DNA of 64,000 nucleotides from an uncultured bacterium (GCA_964486455.1 CAZAMP010000002.1:118722-182721), one strand, 5' to 3'. Shown: positions 1 through 9,126, counted from the stretch's first letter. Notes: generated by a model not told the origin, from the sequence alone. Program-made: numbers and translations.

Positions 1-258
1 GGGGCGACGATCAGCTTTCACCTGGGCGTCGGCGTCGGACATCTTCGTCTGGACGTCGTCGACCCGGTCGGCAATCGCCGTGGAACACTTCTGGATAGGG
101 CGCACGCATCGGGTCGTGGCGGCATTCACTGGGACGGCCGCATGGAGGGTGAGCGGCTGCCGCCCGGGCTTTACTACGTCGTCGCCACGCTCGAAGAGGC
201 GTCCGGCCGGCGGTCGATCCGTCGGACCGCGCTCGCCATCGGATGGGGGGAACGATGA
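1..258 (+). CDS. 3' fragment of an exported protein ending in a T9SS-type (FlgD-Ig-like) C-terminal domain; the start lies upstream of the window
   Basis: Frame 1 is open from base 1 to TGA 256-258; it is absent from the ORF track because it has no start. The translation ...LRLDVVDPVGNRRGTLL...IHWDGRMEGERLPPGLYYVVATLEE... parallels the C-terminal tails of the ORFs ending at 25681, 35717 and 38152. Confidence 0.5.
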   Translation, partial: GATISFHLGVGVGHLRLDVVDPVGNRRGTLLDRAHASGRGGIHWDGRMEGERLPPGLYYVVATLEEASGRRSIRRTALAIGWGER

Positions 259-1058
259 GGCGCACGGCGATCGCCTTCGGATTGCTTCTCGTCTTCGCCA
301 CTGCGACGGTTCCCCTGGTCATACCGGCGGCGGCCGAGACGTTTCTTTCGCTTCCGCGTCTGCCCGCGGATCTCGGTGCGAACGGTGCCGCTCACATCGT
401 GTTCCCATCCGGCTTCGAGCTTCTGGCCTTGGGAGGTCCGAGGTGGGGGGCAATGGCGACATACGGCCCTCAAGGTACTGACGTGCGCGGTCTCGCGTTG
501 GCCACACGGACGTCGGTCGCCGGCGGACGCTGGCAATTGACGGGGTCGCGCTGGGGCACGGCCTTCTATCGGGAGCAGCGCGCAGCGCTGGCGTGTCTCC
601 TTGGCTGGCGTGCGGGGGCCGGCGTTGTTGTCGATACACGTTCCGTTGCGATGGAGGGCGCGCACACGCGACGTGCTCTTGGAACCGGCTGGTTGTTGCA
701 TGGGCGCGTCCACGACTTCATCATCGTCGTTGCCGGGGCGCCGCGCGCCCGATCCGGTGAGTCCCGTCTCTATCCGGACGGCTGGGTCGGGACGCTTGCG
801 GTGGGGTCGGACGACCCCAATGGTGGCCGGTTGGCACTTGAGGCCGCGGCGGCCGGCGCGGGACCGATGCGTCTCGCGGTCGAGGCGTCGTGGCGTGGAC
901 CGATCTGGGTCTTCTCCGGCCGGCTCGACCTGGCATCGGGACGGCTCGGCGTCGGAGTGGGATTCCGCGGAAGGACGCTCTCCGGTTTCAGTCTCTTCCG
1001 CCACGACGAGTTGCTGGGGGTGACGGGCTCGTTCGGTGTGTTGGACGGTATGATGTGA
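255..1058 (+). CDS. hypothetical exported protein (signal peptide, Gly/Arg/Trp-rich, beta-rich; possible outer-membrane protein)
   Basis: ATG 255 overlaps the upstream stop (ATGA). The N-terminus MRRTAIAFGLLLVFATATVPLVIPAAAE looks like a signal peptide. GC3 bias is strong in this frame. No family motif recognised. Confidence 0.45.
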   Translation: MRRTAIAFGLLLVFATATVPLVIPAAAETFLSLPRLPADLGANGAAHIVFPSGFELLALGGPRWGAMATYGPQGTDVRGLALATRTSVAGGRWQLTGSRWGTAFYREQRAALACLLGWRAGAGVVVDTRSVAMEGAHTRRALGTGWLLHGRVHDFIIVVAGAPRARSGESRLYPDGWVGTLAVGSDDPNGGRLALEAAAAGAGPMRLAVEASWRGPIWVFSGRLDLASGRLGVGVGFRGRTLSGFSLFRHDELLGVTGSFGVLDGMM

Positions 1059-1091
1059 CTGTTCACCGCGAATGTGACCAGGTGATACGCT

Positions 1092-2384
1092 ATGTGCATT
1101 CTACTCGCGATGCTCCTGTGGATGGCGCACGGGGGCGACAATGAAACCGTCTCGGGACGAACCCGCGCTCCCAGCGCCCTGACGCTTCCGCCGATTGCCG
1201 GCGCAGTTGCCGTCGAAGGCGGGCCCGCCGGCGAGGGAGCCAGGGCGGACGTCCGCTTGGCGGCCCGATCTCTGAGGGCGGACGCCGTCGCCCGACGGAC
1301 GGCGGACGGAGCTCGAATCACCGGTGCCGCATCCGGATCGCTCGGCGGCTGGCGTTGGGTCGCCGGCGGATACCGGCTGAAGACGCTGGCCGGAAGCTCG
1401 TCCGGCACGTCGTCTCGATTCAGCGAGAGCCTGTGGCGACGGGGGCCGTCGCTCCTGGCCTCGCGATCAGCGACGGCGTCGTCAGGGATCGCGCTCGCCC
1501 GGTTGAGTGGAGGGATGAGGTTCGCGGCGGCCACAGATGGCGGCGACGCCACGGTTGAAGGTCGGCCGCCGGGATGGATCGCTTTGGCCGGCGGGAAGCG
1601 GTCGGGATGCGACTGGGAGCTTGTCTGCAGTAGCGCCGGTCGATCGAACCCCATCAGACTCGATGGGGCCCTCGGCCGAGTGGGGGCTCGAGACGGGCTC
1701 GTCGTCGGCGTCGCACTCTGGGATCGATACCGGGCGCTTCGCTTCGGGTTCCGCCGCACGATCGGGGATCATCGCGCATCGATCGTTTGGTCATCGCGCG
1801 GTAGCTCGGCCGCGTGGCGGACCGCTTTGGGAACGCCGCGCTCCGGCTGGGTATTTCGCTACCGGGTCGGCGGGTTCGCCGCGTTTCACCGGCATCGGAT
1901 CGGAACGCGAGAGGTGTCGGTCAGTGACGGAATCGAGTTCGTCGGCCGGTCGACCGAGTTGACCTGGCGGGCCCGAGTCGGATGGCGAACCAGATCCGGC
2001 CGGCCCCGCGGCGTGCTCACCGCCCGGCTGGCCGGCCTGTCGGCCGGAACGTGGAATTGCCGGATCGATCTCAAGCTTGAAGCGACCGGCGACTCTTTGC
2101 TTTCATCACTTGTTGCGTTTCGCGCGCGACGACCGCTCGGTTCCTCGGGGACCGTCGAGCTTCGGACGGCGTTCGCGGGGCGGGGCGCCTTCTGGGTCGG
2201 CCGCCCGCGCGCGCTCTCCGGTATACGGCCGGTGTGGCTCGAAGCGGGCCAGCGCATCGTCACGCTTCGATACGCGCGCGGACGAGTCACCGGATTCGTG
2301 TCGGAGCGCGGGTCGGGTCGCGAACATCGCATCGAGTGCGGCATCGCCTGCCGCTGGCAGGTTGTATCGGAGGACGGATCGTGA
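1092..2384 (+). CDS. hypothetical Arg-rich, beta-rich protein (possible outer-membrane beta-barrel)
   Basis: 430-aa ORF with consistent GC3 bias and alternating hydrophobic/polar runs (WRARVGWR, VELRTAFAG, IVTLRYARG, IECGIACRWQV). Its stop overlaps the GTG start of the carbamate kinase gene (GTGA). Confidence 0.45.
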   Translation: MCILLAMLLWMAHGGDNETVSGRTRAPSALTLPPIAGAVAVEGGPAGEGARADVRLAARSLRADAVARRTADGARITGAASGSLGGWRWVAGGYRLKTLAGSSSGTSSRFSESLWRRGPSLLASRSATASSGIALARLSGGMRFAAATDGGDATVEGRPPGWIALAGGKRSGCDWELVCSSAGRSNPIRLDGALGRVGARDGLVVGVALWDRYRALRFGFRRTIGDHRASIVWSSRGSSAAWRTALGTPRSGWVFRYRVGGFAAFHRHRIGTREVSVSDGIEFVGRSTELTWRARVGWRTRSGRPRGVLTARLAGLSAGTWNCRIDLKLEATGDSLLSSLVAFRARRPLGSSGTVELRTAFAGRGAFWVGRPRALSGIRPVWLEAGQRIVTLRYARGRVTGFVSERGSGREHRIECGIACRWQVVSEDGS

Positions 2385-3331
2385 AGTCTGTTGTATTGGC
2401 GCTCGGTGGCAATGCCATCATCTCTGAGAGCGCATCGGGAACCATTGACGAGCAGTACAGCATCGCTCGCCAGACCATGAAGCAGGTCACGGGACTCGTG
2501 CGGTCGGGCGCCAAGCTCCTTCTCACACACGGCAACGGCCCAATCGTGGGCAACATCATGATTCGAAACGAGGCGGCCAAGGAGTTCATTCCGCCCATGC
2601 CGCTCTTCATCTGCGGCGCCGACTCACAGGGGGGGATCGGCCTCATGATGCAACAGGCGCTCGCCAACGAGCTCACCCGTGCCGGTATCTCCCGCCCGGT
2701 CGCGGCCGTCGTGACACAGGTGGTCGTCGATCCCGACGATCCGGCTTTCGACGATCCCTCGAAACCGATTGGTCCGTTCTACACCGAAGAGCAGGGCGCC
2801 CGCATCGCCCGGGAACGCAACTGGTTCGTGCGAGAAGATTCGAATCGCGGCTACCGACGCGCGGTTGCCTCACCGGCTCCGAAGGAAGTCGTAGAGCTCG
2901 ACGTCATTCGCACACTTCTGGACGAGGGCGTCATCGTGATCGCGGCCGGCGGTGGCGGTGTCCCGGTCTTTCGCGGCGCGGGCGGGGTTCTCCGCGGGGT
3001 TGACGCCGTCGTGGATAAGGATCTCACCTCGCTCGTGTTGGCGCGCTCGCTCGGCTTCGACACGCTCGTATTCGTCACCGGGACCGACCACGCGTATCTC
3101 GATTTCGGAACGGATACCCCCAAGCCTCTCGGCGCAATCTCCCTCTCCGAGCTCCGGAAACACCATGCCGACGGGCATTTCCCCGCCGGCAGCATGGGAC
3201 CCAAGGTCGACGCGGCCATCGAATTCATCACGGCCGGCGGGAAGCACGTGATCATCGCTTCCCCGGACAACCTGCTGGCCGCATTCGACGCTTCGTCCGG
3301 CACGCATGTTCGACCGGATCCAACTCCCTGA
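2381..3331 (+). CDS. arcC: carbamate kinase
   Basis: Carbamate kinase motifs are present: VVLALGGNAI, THGNGPIVG, ADSQGGIG, PSKPIGPFY, GYRRAVASPAP, AAGGGGVPV, VVDKDLTS. Start assigned to GTG 2381; the track ORF from 2234 is an upstream extension overlapping the previous ORF. Confidence 0.9.
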   Translation: MKSVVLALGGNAIISESASGTIDEQYSIARQTMKQVTGLVRSGAKLLLTHGNGPIVGNIMIRNEAAKEFIPPMPLFICGADSQGGIGLMMQQALANELTRAGISRPVAAVVTQVVVDPDDPAFDDPSKPIGPFYTEEQGARIARERNWFVREDSNRGYRRAVASPAPKEVVELDVIRTLLDEGVIVIAAGGGGVPVFRGAGGVLRGVDAVVDKDLTSLVLARSLGFDTLVFVTGTDHAYLDFGTDTPKPLGAISLSELRKHHADGHFPAGSMGPKVDAAIEFITAGGKHVIIASPDNLLAAFDASSGTHVRPDPTP

Positions 3332-3446
3332 CCACGGACGTTCCGGGCTGTGCCCGTGGGATCGCCTCCCCGAGGCGTCCCGGTAGATCGCATCGCCCCG
3401 CCCCGGGGGCACGTTTGCAACGACCGCATTTTCGGGAGGAGGTGCG

Positions 3447-4076
3447 ATGCGAAAGCTCTTGTCTGCGCTTGCGCTCTTACTTTGGAGTTTGCCGGCCGCC
3501 AACGCGGATGATCTGCGGCTGGGTGAGTTGCTGGCGGATCCGGCCTCGGATTGGAATGGAGACGGGGAAGTCCATTCGCGCGATGATGAGTGGATTGAGA
3601 TCATCAACCTGTCTGCATCAGCGATCGATCTCACCGGGGTTCGCCTCGCTTCGGCGGACAGCGTGTGGCGATACGAGTACTCTGGTATGCTGCAGCCCGG
3701 CAATGTTGCCGTAGCATACGGGTCGGATTCGTATGCATGGGAACAGAAGCTGGGTTTTCCGGCCTACGGGCTCCGGCTCGCGAACGGGGGCGGAACGATC
3801 GGCTTGTGGCGGCTCTCGGAGGTCGACAGCGTCTTGATCGATGAGGTGACGTATCTCGATGATGACGCGGAAGACGATCGATCGACCGGGCGTTCCCCGG
3901 ACAACCCTGACGAGTGGCTGCTCTATGACGGGTTGAATCCCTATGGTGGCGATGCGCCTCCGATCGCGACCGGATGTCCTCCGACGCCGGGCCACCCGAA
4001 CGGGTGCACGTCACCAGTGCCGGAGAGCACCTGGGGAATGATCAAAGCAATCTTCCTTGATGGATCGGTGAACTGA
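3447..4076 (+). CDS. small secreted lamin-tail-domain (LTD) protein
   Basis: Signal peptide MRKLLSALALLLWSLPAANA. LTD-like core: LRLGELLADPASDWNGDGEVHSRDDEWIEIINLSASAIDLTGVRL. C-terminus ...PESTWGMIKAIFLDGSVN. Confidence 0.8.
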   Translation: MRKLLSALALLLWSLPAANADDLRLGELLADPASDWNGDGEVHSRDDEWIEIINLSASAIDLTGVRLASADSVWRYEYSGMLQPGNVAVAYGSDSYAWEQKLGFPAYGLRLANGGGTIGLWRLSEVDSVLIDEVTYLDDDAEDDRSTGRSPDNPDEWLLYDGLNPYGGDAPPIATGCPPTPGHPNGCTSPVPESTWGMIKAIFLDGSVN

Positions 4077-4307
4077 GGATCGATTGCGACTGAGTGATCG
4101 GCTACTCGGCAAGTGTACGATGGCCGATCGTGCGCGGTCCGGAACGTCAACGGCGACCCGGTTCGACAGATGAGATTGATGAAAGAGGGCGTCGAGCAGA
4201 GACAGATACCAGGAAGAGACAGACGTAGACATTGGACGGAGCGAGTAGATACCGGAAAGCAAGTAGGCTCCGGGAGCCGGCGTTTACCGAAGTGGCAGGC
4301 ACAAAAA

Positions 4308-4394
4308 TGGTGCGGAAGGGGGGACTCGAACCCCCACAGGCGTAAGCCCACTAGACCCTGAACCTAGCGCGTCTACCAATTCCGCCACTTCCGC
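4308..4394 (-). tRNA. tRNA-Leu (anticodon CAG), class II with long variable arm, CCA encoded
   Basis: Reverse complement reads GCGGAAG-TG-GCGG...CTAGG-TTCAGGG-TCTAG-(15-nt variable arm)-GGGGG-TTCGAGT-CCCCC-CTTCCGC-A-CCA. The cloverleaf was folded by hand (87 nt). Confidence 0.9.
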
Positions 4395-4455
4395 ACGGCC
4401 GGACAGTCTATGTGCCCGGCTTTCCGCGTGTCAACTTGGAAAGAGAAGGTTTGAG

Positions 4456-4929
4456 GTGTCGGATCCGGCGCCCGAGCGCCCCAAGAAGTCCATTACGACG
4501 AACCGCAAGGCACGTCATCAATATGAGATCCTCGAGACGATCGAGGGCGGGCTGGTGCTGACCGGCACGGAGGTAAAATCGCTGCGGGCGGGGCGCGCCA
4601 ACCTCGCAGACGCTTACGCCGACTACCGTTCGGGGGAGTTCTATCTCGTCCATGCCCATATCAGCCCGTATGACCAAGGGAATCGGGCCAATCACGAGCC
4701 CACTCGCCCCAGGAAGATCCTTCTCCACAAGCGGCAGATCGAGCGCTTCCGCGTGAAAATCGAGCAAAAAGGGCTCACGGTTGTGCCGCTCGGGCTGTAC
4801 TTTTTGGGGCCGTACGTCAAGGTGACGCTGGCACTCGCTCGAGGAAAGCGAGTCGTGGACCGGCGTCAGGATATCGCCAAGCGGGATGCCGACCGGGAAA
4901 TCCGCCGGAAGTTCAGGAGGGATCAGTGA
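4456..4929 (+). CDS. smpB: SsrA-binding protein SmpB
   Basis: SmpB signature: NRKARHQYEILETIEGGLVLTGTEVKSLR...LLLHKRQI...KGLTVVPL...GKR. GTG start. Confidence 0.95.
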   Translation: MSDPAPERPKKSITTNRKARHQYEILETIEGGLVLTGTEVKSLRAGRANLADAYADYRSGEFYLVHAHISPYDQGNRANHEPTRPRKILLHKRQIERFRVKIEQKGLTVVPLGLYFLGPYVKVTLALARGKRVVDRRQDIAKRDADREIRRKFRRDQ

Positions 4930-6308
4930 CACGAGCCGCCCTCGTCTGCGCGTGTGTCGTCGCGATCCTGGCTACAATTGCCCCCGGGTCGCCCGGTTCA
5001 GCGTCGGCGCCGCTCAGCGTGGTGCCGGTCGACACAACCGAGATCGCGGGCGCGACTTATCTCAATCTCAACGACATCCTTCGATTACTCGATGGCGTGA
5101 AGCAGGTCGGAAGCGTGCTGGATGTCGGCCGGATCGAAATCGCCGACACGGAGATCACACTCCTTGACGGATCGACGGTCGTTCACAGTGAAGCGAAAAC
5201 CTGGACGCTTCCTCATCCCATCCTCAAGCGTGACGGCGCCGTCTGGGTACCTGAGACGTTCTTGTCGGCCATCGTCAATCCGTTGATCACGTCGTCATTG
5301 ATCCACAGACGCGGCCTCATCCTCGTCGATCTTTCGCCGGGGCGGCTCGATTCGGTTGCCGTTTCCGGCTATTCCGCCTCGCGCGGGATGCGCGAGATCG
5401 TTGCCTACGGGAAATTCCCGCTCAGTCCTGCCACACGGACCACGCACGACCGTGTCGTCCTGGACTTGGAGGGTTGCTTTCTCGACGAGTTCGCGACCGG
5501 AGCCTTCTCGGATTCGTTGGCCATGGGTTGGCAGGCGCAACCGACCCGGCTGGGCATGCGGCTCACCCTACTGCTGGGCGATCGTGTGGAGGCCTATGCG
5601 CTGCGTGAGGCGACGCCCGAACGGCTGAGACTCGACGTCGGTTCGGCCCAACGCGGGATGACGCCGCTGGAGGAACCGCTCGCCGGAGGATGGAAGGATG
5701 TCAGGCGCGTCATTCTAGACGCCGGCCATGGGGGTGCCGACGAGGGCGCGCAGTTGGCGAACGGCCGTCTGGAGAAATGGGTGAACCTGGAGCTGGCGCG
5801 GCAGCTCGCGGATAGCCTGCGCGCGGCCGGCTACGACGTCGTCATGACCCGCAATGAAGATCGCGATCTCTCGCCGGAGGATCGGTCGGCGTTTGCCAAC
5901 GAAGCCGATGGCGATATCTTTCTCTGCGTTCAGCTCGATCGGGGTGACAACGATCTGCGTCCCGATCTGAAATGCCTCGTGCACCGGTCAGTGGGTGGCG
6001 CCGGGCGAAGCCGGGTCGTTGCGGGATTCCGTTTACAGCCTTGGTCAAGCGTCCATGCGGCACACGTGAACGAAAGCGATCGCGTCGCGCGAAGTCTTCT
6101 GAGCGAGACCCGCTCGGTCGGGCTCAGGTGCCGGCAACACCCGCTCGAGGTCCCGATGCGCGTCATGGAGGGGCTGGACATGCCGGCGGTCGAGTTGTTG
6201 ATCCGGGAGAGTGTCGTGATCGGGGCCGGCTGGGAACGTTGGCGTGAGCGTTTCGCCGAAGCGGTCGTGCGGGGCGTCATGTTGTACGCCGGGGAGGCTC
6301 AGCTCTGA
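4926..6308 (+). CDS. N-acetylmuramoyl-L-alanine amidase (Amidase_3 family) with N-terminal accessory domain
   Basis: Catalytic-domain motifs VILDAGHGGADEGA...EKWVNLELARQL...GYDVVMTRNEDRDLS..EDRSAFANEADGDIFLCVQLD. Signal-like N-terminus. GTG start overlaps the smpB stop (GTGA). Confidence 0.85.
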   Translation: MTRAALVCACVVAILATIAPGSPGSASAPLSVVPVDTTEIAGATYLNLNDILRLLDGVKQVGSVLDVGRIEIADTEITLLDGSTVVHSEAKTWTLPHPILKRDGAVWVPETFLSAIVNPLITSSLIHRRGLILVDLSPGRLDSVAVSGYSASRGMREIVAYGKFPLSPATRTTHDRVVLDLEGCFLDEFATGAFSDSLAMGWQAQPTRLGMRLTLLLGDRVEAYALREATPERLRLDVGSAQRGMTPLEEPLAGGWKDVRRVILDAGHGGADEGAQLANGRLEKWVNLELARQLADSLRAAGYDVVMTRNEDRDLSPEDRSAFANEADGDIFLCVQLDRGDNDLRPDLKCLVHRSVGGAGRSRVVAGFRLQPWSSVHAAHVNESDRVARSLLSETRSVGLRCRQHPLEVPMRVMEGLDMPAVELLIRESVVIGAGWERWRERFAEAVVRGVMLYAGEAQL

Positions 6309-6889
6309 TGCGGGTATCGGCCGCTGTCCGAACGGGTGTGGGACTGGTGCTGGTCATCGGTCTCGGCGCGCTCACACTCTACTACTATCGATCCTCTGGG
6401 GCTGTACCGCCGGCGCGGGGCACGGTGATCCCGGCCTCGGGTCAAAAGACGCGTCCGGTGATGCTCTACTACGGTGACCCGAACGCGTCTCGGCTTGTCG
6501 CCGAAGGTCGCGAGGTTCTATTCGGCAGCGACCGTGTCGCGACACTCAAGAGTTTGGTGAACGAGCTTCTTCGCGGATCGCAACGCGGGAACCGAAGCCT
6601 CTTCAGCGCTGATTGCCGTGTTCGATCGATATTCCTGACGGCGGGGGGCACGCTGACCATCGACTTTCGCGGCTCTCCGTTCCCCGCCGAAGCCAGCGAG
6701 ACGGCCTGCAAGCTCGGAGTCGACTCGATGCTTCGTGTCCAACGCGAGCTGTTTCCTGAGATTCAGCGCGTGATGCTCTTGGTCGACGGGCGGCCGATCT
6801 CGGAGGTGGAGCGGCGCCTCTCGCTGCCACTCGAGTTGACGCCATCGGAGTGGCCCGATGCGGGCATCGACGTAACCGGCACGTCATGA
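6308..6889 (+). CDS. GerMN domain-containing protein
   Basis: N-terminal TM segment, then a GerMN-like segment VMLYYGDPNASRLVAEGREV...LKSLVNELLRG. Amidase-GerMN adjacency is a common arrangement. The start overlaps the upstream stop by 1 nt (TGATG). Confidence 0.7.
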   Translation: MRVSAAVRTGVGLVLVIGLGALTLYYYRSSGAVPPARGTVIPASGQKTRPVMLYYGDPNASRLVAEGREVLFGSDRVATLKSLVNELLRGSQRGNRSLFSADCRVRSIFLTAGGTLTIDFRGSPFPAEASETACKLGVDSMLRVQRELFPEIQRVMLLVDGRPISEVERRLSLPLELTPSEWPDAGIDVTGTS

Positions 6890-7728
6890 CGAAGGGACTG
6901 AGTAGCATGGACACGCGTCCGCTCGGCATTTTCGATTCCGGTATCGGCGGGCTCACGGTCGTTTCCCGCATCCTGGAGAAGCTGCCGCGCGAGCGGATAC
7001 TCTACTTCGGGGATACGGCCCGCCTACCGTACGGCAACAAGTCACCCGAGACGGTCACACGATTTTCTCGCGAGATCACGCGCTTTCTCCTGCGCCGAGA
7101 CGCCAAGGCGATTGTCGTGGCGTGCAACTCCGCGTCGGCGCTGGCGCTGGATACGCTTCGTCGCGAGCTCACGGTCGAGGTCATCGATGTGATCGGCCCG
7201 GGAGCCGTCGCCGCGGTCAATAGAACCCGAAGCGGCCGCATCGGAGTCATCGCGACACAGGCGACCGTCCGTTCGGGAGCCTACCGACGCGCGCTCGAGG
7301 AGCTGCGAAAAGACGTAGTTGTCCACGAGGTGGCCACTCCGCTCTTCGTGCATCTCGTGGAAGAGGGGTGGACTGAAGGAGACATCCCCGAACGCGTCGC
7401 GCACCACTACCTTGGCGATCTCATGGCGGATGGCGTGGACACCGTGATCCTCGGCTGCACGCACTATCCGCTCCTGGCGCCGCTGCTTTCGTCCGTGTTC
7501 GGCTCTTCGGTCGAGCTGGTCGATTCCGCGAACGAGACGGCGAATGCGCTTGCCGAGCGGCTCGAGTCAGCAGGGCTGATGGCCGGGCCCGATGCGCACG
7601 GCGACCTCACCTGTTTCGCGAGTGACGTGCCGGCAGACTTCGCGCGGCTTGGAGAGCGATTCTTGGGGCGCCCACTCGGGGACGTCCGGCCGGTGGAGCA
7701 GACGGATCTCCCGTGGTTCGAGCGTTGA
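6886..7728 (+). CDS. murI: glutamate racemase
   Basis: LGIFDSGIGGLTV, LYFGDTARLPYG, IVVACNSASA, ILGCTHYPLL. ATG 6886 overlaps the upstream stop (ATGA); ATG 6907 is an alternative start. Confidence 0.9.
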   Translation: MTKGLSSMDTRPLGIFDSGIGGLTVVSRILEKLPRERILYFGDTARLPYGNKSPETVTRFSREITRFLLRRDAKAIVVACNSASALALDTLRRELTVEVIDVIGPGAVAAVNRTRSGRIGVIATQATVRSGAYRRALEELRKDVVVHEVATPLFVHLVEEGWTEGDIPERVAHHYLGDLMADGVDTVILGCTHYPLLAPLLSSVFGSSVELVDSANETANALAERLESAGLMAGPDAHGDLTCFASDVPADFARLGERFLGRPLGDVRPVEQTDLPWFER

Positions 7729-7744
7729 TATCAGTCATGTAGTG

Positions 7745-8497
7745 ATGGATCGAGGAGGAGCACAGCAGGTGAAACCACGACGGGACGGGCGGGGGCCCGC
7801 CGAACTCAGGCGAATGAAGCTGACACCCGGCTATCTCCGGCACGCCGAAGGGTCGTGCCTGATGAAGTGGGGCGAGAATGTCGTGCTCTGCGCGGCGACC
7901 GTAACCGACGGCGTTCCCGCATGGCGGCGCGGCACCGGCTCCGGGTGGGTCACGGCGGAGTACAACATGCTGCCGCGTTCCGGGATCGAACGCGTGCCGC
8001 GTGATCGCCAGCGAAGCGGGCGCTCGCAAGAGATCCAGCGGATGATCGGGCGTGCGCTTCGCGCCGCCGTCGATCTGGACGCGCTGGGCGAAACGACGAT
8101 CCTCATCGACTGCGACGTTCTCGAGGCGGACGGCGGAACGCGCACCGCATCGATCACCGGCGGCATGGTGGCACTCTACCAGGCCACGCGATACGCGATG
8201 GAGCGCGGGATGACCAAGCAGGATCCTATCCGCACGTGGGTAGCCGCGGTGAGCGTCGGGATTGTCGAGGCGCGGCCGCTTCTTGATCTCAACTATGCCG
8301 AAGACTCGCGCGCCGACGTGGATTTGAACCTGGTCATGACATCCGACGACGAGTTCGTGGAGATACAGGGGGCGGCTGAGGGCGCGCCGTTCTCGCAGAA
8401 AGAAATGCAGTCTCTCGTGCGGCTCGGCCGGCGCGGGATCAAACGCATCATCGGGCGTCAGAAGCGCGCGATCGAGCGCATGGAGAAAAAATCATGA
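7745..8497 (+). CDS. rph: ribonuclease PH
   Basis: RRDGRGPAELR...AEGSCL...GWVTAEYNMLPRS...RSQEIQRMIGRALR...DCDVLEADGGTRTASITG. Start assigned to ATG 7745; the track ORF from 7592 overlaps murI. Confidence 0.95.
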   Translation: MDRGGAQQVKPRRDGRGPAELRRMKLTPGYLRHAEGSCLMKWGENVVLCAATVTDGVPAWRRGTGSGWVTAEYNMLPRSGIERVPRDRQRSGRSQEIQRMIGRALRAAVDLDALGETTILIDCDVLEADGGTRTASITGGMVALYQATRYAMERGMTKQDPIRTWVAAVSVGIVEARPLLDLNYAEDSRADVDLNLVMTSDDEFVEIQGAAEGAPFSQKEMQSLVRLGRRGIKRIIGRQKRAIERMEKKS

Positions 8498-9126
8498 AGC
8501 TCGTCGTCTCGACGCGAAACGAGGACAAGCTGAAGGAGATCCGTCTGATCCTCGCGGGGATCGACGTGGAGCTGGTGCCGGTCGCCGAGATCGCCGGCGC
8601 ACCCGAGGTCGAAGAGACGGGAACGACGCTCGAGGAGAACGCGACGCTCAAGGCGCTCGGCGTGGCCCGCGCCGTCGGATGCGCCGCGCTCGCGGACGAT
8701 ACCGGTCTCGAGGTCGCGGCGTTGGGAGGCGAGCCGGGGGTCTACAGTTCCAGGTACGCAGGGCCGAACGCCACCTACGACGACAACGTGGAGAAGCTAC
8801 TCAGCGCGCTCGGCGACGTCCCGACGGATCAGCGCGGCGCCTGTTTCCGCACCGTGGTCGCGCTCGCCACGCCCGAGGGTGACGTTCGCTTGGTGGACGG
8901 CGAGTGCCGTGGGATCATTACCACGAGACGCCGTGGCGAGAGCGGCTTCGGATACGATCCGGTATTCGTCCCCGACGGGGGAGACCAGAGCTTCGCCGAG
9001 ATGGGCTTGGACGAGAAGAACCGCATCAGTCATCGAGGACGGGCGTTTCGCGCGGCCCGCGAGATGATCGACGCGTGGGTAAAGGAACGCGCCTGCCGCG
9101 ACTTGAACGCGGGACCCTCTGCTTAG
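8494..9126 (+). CDS. rdgB: non-canonical purine NTP pyrophosphatase (RdgB/HAM1 family)
   Basis: STRNEDKLKEI, EETGTTLEENA, ALADDTGLEV.ALGGEPGVYSSRYAG, FGYDPVF, SFAEM...KNRISHRGRAF. The ATG overlaps the rph stop (ATGA). The last 13 codons run antisense through tRNA-Arg. Confidence 0.9.
   Translation: MKLVVSTRNEDKLKEIRLILAGIDVELVPVAEIAGAPEVEETGTTLEENATLKALGVARAVGCAALADDTGLEVAALGGEPGVYSSRYAGPNATYDDNVEKLLSALGDVPTDQRGACFRTVVALATPEGDVRLVDGECRGIITTRRRGESGFGYDPVFVPDGGDQSFAEMGLDEKNRISHRGRAFRAAREMIDAWVKERACRDLNAGPSA

Noticed and set aside
2234-2380. Upstream extensions of track ORFs for arcC, and similarly rph (7592), ygfK-like (16232), typA (20927), desaturase (33104), lspA (51775) and the PPIases (58690, 60357)
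   Set aside because: The extensions overlap the preceding gene or a terminator and lack family similarity. Internal starts with an RBS or stop/start overlap give proteins of canonical length.
4195-4262. Purine-rich imperfect direct repeat (GACAGATACCAGGAAGA ... GTAGATACCGGAAAGC) between the LTD gene and tRNA-Leu
   Set aside because: There are only two degenerate copies in a convergent 3' region. They have no coding or structural context and are most simply low-complexity spacer.
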